Shown here piece after piece: positions 53,251-64,000 of a stretch of DNA of 64,000 nt. Numbering within the stretch: the stretch's first letter is position 1; each line of letters starts with the position of its first letter. A program made the position numbers and the translations under genes. The DNA comes from Octopus vulgaris. Lineage: Eukaryota. Under the pieces are notes generated by a model, which saw nothing but the letters and a program-made list of their open reading frames with translations, ran no database searches and had not been told where the DNA came from. Location: contig OX597822.1 in assembly GCA_951406725.2 (NCBI GenBank), forward strand, positions 62,496,001 to 62,560,000. The letters are read 5' to 3'.

Positions 53251-56029
53251 AGAAGTATATACTTCTCTCTTTATCTTTCCGTACTATTTATAACGTTTTT
53301 TCCTCTTATTTCACATGTCTCCCTCTCCTGCATTTGCTACTATTATTATTGATTTTGTTATTCTATTCCTCTTCAAGTTCATGCACATTAAATCTTAGTA
53401 ACTCTAAGGAAAGAATCACTCATTACTCTTTCTCTTCAAACTGAAGCCTACTGCTAACAGTACTAAAGAGAGTTATCTATTTCTAGTCTCAGTAACGTTG
53501 ACAGAATGAAAGACAAATCTTCTGTTGTATCAATTCAGTTCACAGTTGCTCTTCTTATCACTTTTATCTGTACATACGATGATTATTATTCGAGAAACTA
53601 TATCACATTTCCTACGGTGTTTTACTTAGATAATGAATTATAAAGTTGTTATTCTATAATTTCCTGAAGTGGGAACATCGCCACGGAAACATCTTTCGCC
53701 ATAATGGCTTCCACATTAATACAGAAAATTAGAAGAATCTGGAGTCAATTTCTAACATTTCTGTTATCTTTACCAGTAAATCATGGAAAAAAAAAATTCT
53801 TCATATTCTAGTTACTGTCCTTCCCTTACAGTTAATTTACCTGTGTATTTTTATCGACGTACAGGCACACATAAATGCAGTCAAATGTGTGTGCGTGAGT
53901 GCGTGTGAGCATATTGAATGCGCTAACTGTAATTTATAACCTTTACCCATTTACCTGTTCAAAGCATTTTCGTAAATTTGTCCTAAACGCCCTTCTTTGT
54001 TTTCAGCCATTTTAGTAGACCCTTGATTCATACGTTCTGAGTAATATAGAGCTCTCCTGTCTTAACTCCGAAGTTACTCTCTTTACTGTCTTTACTCTCA
54101 TTTACTTGTTTCAGTCATTTGACTGTGGTCATGCTGGAGCACCACCTTTAGTCGACCAAATAGATCCCAGGACTTATTCTATAAGCCTAGTACTTATTCT
54201 ATCGGTCTTTTTTGCCGAACTGCTAAGTTACGGGGGACGTAAGCATACCAACATCGGTTGTCAAGCGATGTTGGGGGTGGGGGCAAACTCAGACACACAA
54301 ACATATACACAAACATACATATATATATATATATATACATATATACGACGGGCTTCTTTCAGCTTCTGTCTACCAAATCCACTCACAAGGCTTTGGTCGG
54401 CCCGAGGCTATAGTAGAAGACACTTGCCCAAGGTGCCACGCAGTGGGATTGAACCCGAAACCATGTGTTTGGTAAGCAAGCTACTTACCACACAGCCACT
54501 CCTACTCCTACGCCTACTTACTTACTCTCGTGATTGAAAAAATGGTAATGTGTATAATAGACACCACGGAAATATGTGCTGCGTACCATACGTGATATAT
54601 AGGGGAGGTAAAGAGTTAATTCAGAGGCCCCGTTGTTATATTGAATCTCTCTTCCTTTCTTTCTCTCAGTATATATAGGTTTGTGTGTGCGTGTGTATGA
54701 GTGTGTGTTTCTTTTTGTTATCAGTGACTAGTTTATAGATTTAATTCTCTTTCAATCCTAGCTTATCTTCTTCACACCGAGGATCGAACAGGGTTAACCA
54801 CTTTAGATAATTTCTAATATCACATGGATGTTCTATATTTTGAAGAATCGGATATTTTATGCCATACCTGTATGTGATATATATATATATATATTCACGC
54901 GAAAATTAAGACTCTAAAATATTTTAAATAAAAATCGTATAGAATAATCGTATGGAGCTAGGTCTATCTTGCTTTTAATAATATAGAAAAACTCTAGTAT
55001 ATTTTAAAATAGATACCTGCGAGCTCTTATACTGTGGTTCTTTCTTTCTTTCTAACTGTACCTGGTTTAGAACACTAAGAAATAAATAGTATTTGTACGT
55101 TGCCAGAAATTTTGTACGGTGGCAAAAAAATTTTGATTTTAATTTTAATTGGCTATATATTAATTTAATTTAATCTAATTTTAATCTAATTTAAGTAACC
55201 CAACTTAAATCAAATAAGTTGCTAATACTTCATAATTCTATTATAAGTTTAAATAAGTAATGCTACTCCCTTAATAATATAAAGAATTTTCACTACGATT
55301 TTCACTATTTTTTTGAATAAGCAATACTCTCACACCTTTGACTATAGAAATTGATTGACCTTTGACTATAGAAATTAATTGACCTCCAAGTTTAAACCTA
55401 AAGTCTGTCTTACAATGTATAAACATTTGTATAAATAGTAACAATAATAAATAAATTAATTAATTAAATGACCTCCTTTCTAGGATTGCACTCAAATCTC
55501 TTAATGTATTTCTCCTCTATTGATAGCCTTTGACCCCTTTATTACTTTCTCTTGTTCTCTTTATATTCTTGTGTCTGCTTTGACTCTGTGGGATTAGCAA
55601 TTAACAGCTATATGCTGGTCAAAAGTAATAATTAAAAAGTAGAAGACACATACATGCCTACATACATACTTACATGCATGCATCCATCCATCCATCCATG
55701 CATGCATGCATCCATACATACATACGTACGTACGTGGTAGAAGACAACTCATGACCGATAATACTACTTCTCTAAGTCAGCAAGTCCATGCAAACGTTTT
55801 GAAAATCAAAGAAGTTCCTGTGCATGAATTTTGAGTGGATAAGTGTTGTGCAGTACTGAACACATTTTCAGTATATTAACAATAAAACCAGTGATACAAC
55901 GGAGGTTGAGATGACCAGAAACCAACCAACTGCTCTTCAGTTTTTCTTTATACGAATTGACCTTCACCAAGAAGGAGGTTCTAACAGGAACTAGGGATCC
56001 TTCACTCCAAGTGATTTACAAGCCAGTTA

Positions 56030-56261
56030 ACCCATACCGGCCTCCCCTCTCCACGCCACCAGTGTTATCCAAGGGAAAGGCAACAGCAGATACAGCTTGG
56101 CACCTGTGACGTCACAAATCATTTCTACAGCTGAGTGAACTGGAGCAACGTGAAATAAAGTGTCTTGCTCAAGAACACAACACGCAGCCCGGTCCGGGAT
56201 TCGAACTCACAACCTCACGATCGTAAGCTCGACGCTCTAACCACTGAGCCATGCGCCTTCA
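56030..56261 (-). mobile_element. SINE (head type 1-like, tail C)
   Basis: gaaggcgcatggctcagtggttagagcgtcgagc...gagttcgaatcccgg; ttgtgttcttgagcaagacac; tail gcctttcccttggataacactggtggcgtggagagggg. Confidence 0.8.
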
Positions 56262-58576
56262 CAGTCATTCAGTGTAGTCTGTATTTATTACTGTGGGTAT
56301 GACCTTTTTAGTGGTTTGTCTGCTATTTCGCACAGACTGAGTGACTGTGTTTTTCGGGTATCTTTAAAACGAAGTATTCTATCTATGAAAAAATCCCTTT
56401 TTCTCTCTTTTCTATCTAAGTCTGTTTTGAAGATCACAATAACTCAACGGGAAAGAAATATAATATTAATGGATATTAATAATTTGTAGTGACTAGAAAT
56501 GCAACAGAATGTGTTCAATATGCAACTGGAGGAAAATGATATTGTAAGGTGAAAGGACTAACCGAAGGGATAGTATTACGCACTGAAAAGCAATGGATAT
56601 CTTTCAATTGAATTTGGAAGTCATAACTTTAACAATGTAAGGAATAGTTATTATAAGAACATTCAGTGAAGCAATGTTCTGAATATTGCGGAAAAGTAGT
56701 TGCTTGCACGGTAAACTGTGAGTCATTATAAACTCGTTTCCAGTGTGAAAAAGGATCGTTCTATGTGGGCGAATACGACGCAATTTGCATTGTGCATGTG
56801 AACCGGTTTTGATAAAATTTGCATGTGTGTGTGTGTGTGTGTGTGGTCATTTATATCATTAATAAAATACGGAACGCATATATGGCACTTTATGCTTCAT
56901 AAAACAATATACACTCATTTCGGTCAGTTAAATGCTTGGTTTGCAAATTCGGTGGTTGAAAAATAATATAATTTTATTAAAACATCTCCTAAGTATTTAA
57001 TAAAAACTCCAAAGAATAGTGTTAAATACTCAATATGTGTCTTTATAATGCAAATTATTTACATAAATGGAGTTGCTTAAGCAAGAATATAATGTAGTAA
57101 GGGAAAGTAAAACAGGGCACAATAGCTCGAGGCTTCACATTTTCGTTCAAGTTGGCAGATACACATACACACATACACACTCATAACCATTCCCAACGTA
57201 TACAACGGAAAGGAGGAAAAAGAGAAAGAATGGGACGACCACATAGTCTTCGAAACAGGACACCTCCAGTACCAACCACCTCAACAATAACAACCCCACG
57301 ATGCCAGTCAAGCGACCATGACAGACCATAATCATGTAAGCGAGATGGCAGAAACGTTAGCACGACGGGCGAAATGCTTAGCGATTTTCATCTGCCGCTA
57401 CCTTCTGAATTCAAATTCCGCGCAGGTCGACTTTGCCTTTCATCCTTTCGGGGTCGATAAATTAATTACCAGTTGCGTACTGGAGTCGATCTAATCGACT
57501 GGCCCCTTACCCAAAAAATTAGGGTCTTGTGCCTTGAGTAGAAAAGAATAATTCTTTCTATTATTGGCACTTGTCCCGAAATTTTTGTAGGAGAGTAGTC
57601 GATTTCAATGACACCAGTAATCAACTTGGTATATATGTGTGTGTGTACACGAGTATATGAGAAACAATAATTTATATACATAAAGTATATACATAATATA
57701 TATGCTATGCATATATCATATAACATATATATTATATATATACCTTATGTATATAAATTAATTGTTTCTCATTTTCGCAAAATATTTGAAATGGACTTAA
57801 CACTGAGAATTATCCTAGAGGACTTAACACTGAGAATTATCACCTATGATACTGCTAACCAATTTCCTATTTTGGAATGGGGAAATGGATTATAAATATG
57901 TGTTTGGAAATTGCAGCAATCATTTTACATTAACTAAATACACTGCCGTTAGCAATTAAGTATACTTATATTAACAATTGTAGTAATTACCACTATGTTT
58001 GTATATTTGACGGTTGATTTAAAACTAATAAAACACACAAACAACCTCGCGTTTGCCCCCCACACATACACACACATACACACGTGCATACGGAGATATT
58101 CATGTAAATGTATTCAGCAAGGCCTCTCGAATGCACATGAACAAATATCTCCATCTTATCGTCCCAAACTGCAACCACTTTCTGTAGTTACATCGCTCCC
58201 CTCCACTATGCAAAGCGCTTACTCATTATCGCATGCCAGCGTAAGTGTATCTTACGTAAGCCTATCCGCTCCTGTAAGCCCATAGAGCTACTCAGGTGGT
58301 AGTCGTAGGAGTTGCTCAATATATTCCGCAGAGGAATGTATAATTACTGGCAATCAGGTTAATATTTCCGAGCACTGTGCATTGTTGATCGGACTGTGAT
58401 GAGGCCGGTGACTGCAGTTCGTAATCCGACATCATATCCCTTGTTTCTAATACTGGTAAAAATCCTGTACCCCATGAAAAAAATCAATACATGTGCAGTC
58501 ATGGATAGGACGAAAAAGGAGCTCATGCATAGGTACATAAACAGAGGGGTTCAGGTAGACTTCACGAAATGACATA

Positions 58577-59404
58577 AGTGGTCTGATCAAGAGGTATCCG
58601 GACTGTTGCCATAGTAACGAAGCTTAGCATAGATTGACTGTAAAATCTGTTGTGCATGTGCACTAAGTTTTAACGTTCTATCTTACTTCCTGTTTACAGC
58701 AGTGCTCGGAATGAAGGTGTGTAGTGTGTGATCGTCGCATTGACCATGATAGAGAAAGTTGAGCAGAGAAAGTGCTTCAAATTTGGCCAAAATCTTGCTG
58801 AGGGCCCTACGCCATGTTTTCAAAAAGTTTTCGTTGTTCTCGAAACAATCAAGGAGATCTTGTGCAACTGAAACCCGAGTGTCTTTTTAGTCAGCTGAAA
58901 ACAGTTCTGGCACAAACCTAGTAGACACGTGTCTCATACCCAAATCTTCAATGGTAATGGGTTGAACTGAACCGTAACTAATCTGCACATCCTCTGATAA
59001 CTCACATATTTTGTTTCGTTGATTTCTTTTCATAGCTGCACGCACATCTGCAATGTTATCTCATTTCTGCTGGTAGTGGGTCTCCCAGAAAGGCCATCTT
59101 GGAAACGTCTGAACCACTCTTACAATTGTGTGCAACTTATACGCTTCTCTCCATACACTTTCTGCAATTTTGCGAAGGCCTCTGAGCAAGTATCACCATG
59201 ACAACTTTATGTTCAATGTGACGATCACACGCTGCACACCTTCCTTCCTAGCATTACTGGAAACAGTGGAAGTGAGCTAGAACGTCAAGACTTAGTGCGC
59301 ATGTACAATATAGTCCAAGGTCAATTTGTGCCTAGCGGCTTTACTCGGCGTGCTTTAGCTTTGTTACTATGGCAACAGGCCGGATACCTATTGATCAGAC
59401 CTCG
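58577..59404. mobile_element. Non-autonomous mariner element built from two inverted left ends
   Basis: TIRs ..ggtctgatcaa.aggtatccgg with TA on both sides; transposase N-terminal remnants on both arms (EQRKCFKF; QKVYGE...EWFRRFQDG). Confidence 0.8.
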
Positions 59405-61072
59405 TACAGTAGAAACACATTTTTAGTTCCGTTTTATTCTTGTCACTACTTCTGATATCCCTTTTTTCCTCCTCATAATTCCCAGTAATTTGAAACTAGA
59501 TTTTCTAACTGTTGGCTCCCTGAAAACAGACCCCGTCTTTTTAATTTTCTGTTCGTGTTTTATAGTTATTTGAATTAGTTCTTCGGTCGTTAGTTACAGT
59601 TATAGTGGATATTTTATATTTTTCTTGTTGCTTAAAGTTCGTACTTCTTTGTATTTCTGGTTAATATAATCTACGTCAGATTTCTCAACGTATTCTAAAT
59701 TTAATTATTAAATATTCCCCCCATCAAGTTTTGCTAATTCAGTTAACGTCCAGTTGAGAAAATTATAATAACTTCTTAATGGGACAGCTAGAGTATTGAT
59801 GCCTGTTACCTAATATTTTGTAGGGATATAACTCTACTTTAAGTATTAATCTAATGCATTCATATAATTCTTTTGTAACCAGTTTTATTTTTGTTTTGTT
59901 TATAGATATCTATGCATATGCGAGTCAGTGTTTAAGTATAATTCTGTTATCTCGGCTTCTTTATTGACAGCAAAATCACATCATTAGTGAACTTAATTAA
60001 TTTTTTTCTGATTAGATTCTGTCATTTCTATTTCTTTGTTTGCGCTAAAATGCCGATATCAGTCTTCTTAATTAATTTTTCCCAGTTCATGGGTGTTGCA
60101 TTTTAAAAATCGAGTCTCATATCAATTTCTCTAGAAAATCTCTATATTTTGTTTGTTGCTGTTTTTAGTTGTTGATAATCTGTAGCGGGCAACTTTAAAT
60201 CAGTCATATACAAATGTTGTTTGGCAATTTTCCCGTAGTATTTGTATCTGAGTCTCGTCTAATTTAAAAAGTGATGATTAAAGATGTTATCTTGTGACAG
60301 AAAAAGAGAAGAAAAAAGTTACTATCAAACATTCCTTCTCTCATGAAGATTTTAAATAATTGTTATATTACATTCTTTTGTCTTTGCTATTCACTTGTGC
60401 CGTGCATAATGCACCTGCTCCCTACTGGTACTATTTTAGTCACGTCTGAAATTTCCAACATCCACGTATGAAGAAAAAATCGAAAGAGTTCTTCTGTATA
60501 TCAACCTACACAATACCCAGGCCTTTCTGACTCCTTTTACAGTTCGTTGAACAGAAATTCCCGGAGTCATACGAGCCTTGGTCAGCATTCCTTTTGTAAT
60601 GTCTTCTTATTCTTCTGCGATCTTCTGCTATTAAAGACTATTGTAAGCTGGAGTTTACAGTTGAGGTGTCAGTAGTCCTTTGGGCTTACTATTTCTCAAG
60701 TCTTTGAAGTAAAGATTTTTCTTTTCTTTTTTTTTTTCGCAGTTAGCCATTCCATTGATTTCCAATATCTTTTTAAACAGATGTTAGCAACTTATTGACC
60801 ACCTAAAGCATAAAATTGAGATCTTATATCCTGTAGTCTTAAGTTTGTTTTCGTTTTCTTTTATAAAGTGTGTACTACTATTATTAAGACCTTCCATAGT
60901 TGTTTCGGTAATGTGTTAGATTTAGTTTGTAGTAAATATTTTAGTGTTGATTTCTTCGCTGTTTACACTCTTCGCTGTCCAAAAATTATAATTTGGAATG
61001 TATATTGAGTACAACACATACACACACACACATACATACATACATACATACATACATACATACATACATACA

Positions 61073-61108
<36 letters not shown>

Positions 61109-61119
61109 TATATATGTGT

Positions 61120-61420
61120 GGAGGCACATGGCCTAGTGTTAAGAGCAACGGATTCACGATCGAGGGATCGCGAATTCGAATCTCAGACCGGGCGATGTGT
61201 GTGTTTATGAGCGAAACACCTAAGCTCCACGCGGCTCCGGCAGAAGGTAATGGCGAACTTCTGCTGACTCTTTCACCACAACTTTCTCTCACTCTTTCCT
61301 CCCGCAATTTGCAGCTCACCTGCGACGGGCCGACGTCCCGTCCAGGTGGGGAAGCTATACGCCAAGGAAACCGGGAAACCGGCTCTATGAGCCAGGCATG
61401 GATTGAGAAGGAACAAACAA
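61120..61420 (+). mobile_element. SINE (head type 2, V-domain-like tail); partial copy at ~45260-45420
   Basis: ggaggcacatggcctagtg...aattcgaatc; cctgcgacgggccgacgtcccgtccagg; ggaaaccgggaaaccgg. Confidence 0.82.
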
Positions 61421-61768
61421 CAACACATATATGTATGTGTGTGTGTGTATGTGTGTGTGTGCGCGTATGTGTGTATGTGTGTGTGTGTGAATGTACACAA
61501 ACACAAGCATAATATAACTGGAGTTTACATGCACGAGATCAAATGTAAACAAAGCATTTTTAAGTTTGATAATCTTACCTTTGGGAATGAAATAAGAGGA
61601 TAAATACCGAAATAAGTGTATAGATGTGAGTATAGGGGAAAATGTCATCCCCTAAGATAAGGTTAATCTTCTGAGAAATAATCAGCTTACAATATTTTAT
61701 CAAGTACATGTAATAGATTTGAAACTGCAACTTTACTCCATGGCTGTTCTGGGTATCGCGGTTTCTTG

Positions 61769-61812
<44 letters not shown>

Positions 61813-62889
61813 TGCATATACATTCGTAGGCTCAAACATCCACACATATTCGCACAATTACACGCACACATACCTACAAGTCATTATGATTGTACATAAA
61901 ATGTATACACCGTCACAGCGGTCAACTGATCTGCTGAAGTGAATGTCTCTTCGAAAATAATATAGAAAATAAATAACTACAGACAACTGCTTCGAAACCT
62001 CCAACTTCTCTATCGAGGTTATAAATGCATATCTGTTCCAATAATAATTGCCACACTTGATTTTGTGAGGAAATGCCTAAATGTCAACCTAGGCAAGTTA
62101 GGGTTTTCAAGAAAAAATACAACTACTTAATCAGTAAGTGAAACAGTAAAAATATGCAAGATTCTTCTCAAGTTTAAAATACGAATTTGTGTTTGTTATC
62201 TAGATTCCAACGATGGAGCTTTGTCTTTGTAAGAAACCAGCTCCTTTCTCTCAGGAAGATTTCAAATAATACTAGAACATATATACATGTAGAGACACTG
62301 ATAAACAGAAATACATAAATTCAGTCATTTATCATATATGAATAATCTCATGCGCACGTTTCAGTATATGAGAAAAGAATGATAAATAGTTTATTTGAAA
62401 GAGAAAGGGATTGATTTTAAAAAGGACAGATAAATAGACTAGAACACATATACATCCATTTACGTGAGGATGCATTGAAATACGTATAATTATATATGAA
62501 ATATTAAAGGTTCAGCATATATATGTTAAAAGTATATTGTTTATTTGTACACTGTTTACACGGAATTATGCTGTCTCATATTTTATCTCTTAGCAGAATT
62601 TCTAATTGCTTCTGCCATCTCTTCCAGTAACAGGCATACTTCTCATACTCCCAACTACTTTTTTTCTACCTCTCTACCACATTCTATCTTGCCTCTCTTT
62701 TCTGTATGAACCACTTCATCTTTCGTGTTCCGATAGTGCAGTAATCGGATGTAATAGTGTTGCGTACCGTGCAAAAAAACCATCACTCTGCGAGGAAAAA
62801 AAAAATTAATCAATTAAAAAAAGCGAGAGAAAAATATGAAGGGGTAAAAAAGGAGCAAAACGTTGTTTCCCCTTTAAACCATTATATAA

Positions 62890-63660
62890 TATTCCTTTCT
62901 ACAATAGGCACAAGGCCTGAAATCTTAGAGGAAGTGGATAGTTGATTACATCGACCCCAGTGACTCTACTGGTACTTATTTCAATGAACCCAAACGAATA
63001 AAGGAAAAAGCCGAATTTCGAATTTGAACTCGGAACGTTAAGACGTGCGAAATATCTATTTCTTTACTACCCATAAGGGGCTAAACATAGAGAGGACAAA
63101 CAAGGGCAGATAAACGGATTAAGTCGATTACATCGACCCCAGTGCGTAACTGGTACTTATTTAATCAACCCCGAAAGGATGAAAGCAAAGTCAACCTCAG
63201 TGGAATTTGAACTCAGAACGTAGCGGCAGACGAAATACCTATTTTTATCTCTTTACTACCTACAAGGAGCTAAACGCAGAGAGGACAAACAAGGGCAGAC
63301 AAACTGATTAAGTCGATTATGTCGACCCCAGTGCGTAACTGGTACTTATTTAATCAACCCCGAAAGGATGAAAGCAAAGTCAACCTCAGTGGAATTTGAA
63401 CTCAGAACGTAGCGGCAGACGAAATACGTATTTCTTTACTACCCACAAGGGGCTAAACACAAAGAAGACAAACAAGGACAGGCAAACGGATTAAGTAAAT
63501 TATATCGACCCCAGTGCGTAACTGGTAATTAATTTATCGACCCCGAAAGGATGAAAAGCAAAGTCGACCTCGGCGGAATTTGAACTCAGAACGTAACGGC
63601 AGACGACATATCGCAAAGCATTTCGCCCGGCGTGCTAACGATTCTGCCAGCTTGCCGCCT
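62890..63660 (-). mobile_element. Deu/Nin-core SINE with ~180-bp body units repeated in tandem (four core copies, one complete head)
   Basis: tttctttactaccca..agggg...gaactcagaacgtagcggcagacgaaata repeated at ~63058, ~63248, ~63430. Confidence 0.85.
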
Positions 63661-64000
63661 TTGAACCGATACTATACTGCCATAAGCGAAAGTGTACATA
63701 TCTTCCGTTTAAGTGCCGTGACTATTTTAAGAGGTGGTGTATATGAAGATAAACGATAAATGTAGCAGAAATCGAAGTCCTAGTAGATGCTCCTTCCAGT
63801 GTTGAAAGGAGCAGACAATTTGATTTTAGAGCGAATGAAATATATACCGTTACTTTCTGGCAGTAAATTAACAAGTCCATTGTAGATATGTGGCCAATAT
63901 AGGTGTTCCATTAAATGTTAAATCAGCAGTGTGGAATTCTAATCCAGCGTCAGTAATATTGGTCTCAAAGTTTGGTACCAGGACAGCAATGTTGAGGGAG

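Noticed and set aside
55334-55385. Small direct duplications (also 57793-57841)
   Set aside because: Ordinary local slippage duplications of ~25 bp
59405-60960. T-rich strand-biased region suggesting a minus-strand LINE ORF
   Set aside because: Probably a decayed retroelement, but I could not read any diagnostic motif
62890-63660. CRISPR-like periodic repeats (also 7768-7837 and 40.7-42.0 kb)
   Set aside because: Whole units are repeated with no unique spacers; eukaryotic context, no cas genes

Overview
AT-rich, repeat-saturated eukaryotic (animal) DNA, intergenic or intronic. The SINE repertoire, (TA)n/(TAA)n density and TE mix look cephalopod-like, probably Octopus; this is an inference from repeat similarity only. 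I found no convincing host exon, and most ORFs in the track are microsatellite artefacts. The main feature is a near full-length Penelope-like element (PLE; RT + GIY-YIG, Neptune-type Cys linker) at ~1152-5652. Its direct terminal repeats carry a hammerhead-ribozyme motif with a compensated U3-A8 core. It also has a degraded upstream coiled-coil ORF1 whose frame overlaps the ATG-less 5' part of the RT frame at a U_UUU_UUA heptamer in -1 frameshift geometry. The window holds a set of non-coding hammerhead-bearing repeats sitting in (TA)n tracts: a 363-bp two-hammerhead monomer at 49.6-50.2 kb, a ~300-bp tandem/inverted array at 40.7-42.0 kb, a palindrome at 13.7-14.1 kb and several solo copies. 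Other content: CR1-like, R4/Dong-like, RTE and L1/Tx1-like LINE fragments, a decayed Gypsy element, Tc1/mariner remnants, Helitron-type non-autonomous elements and many modular tRNA-derived SINEs. All calls are from manual reading; no searches were run.
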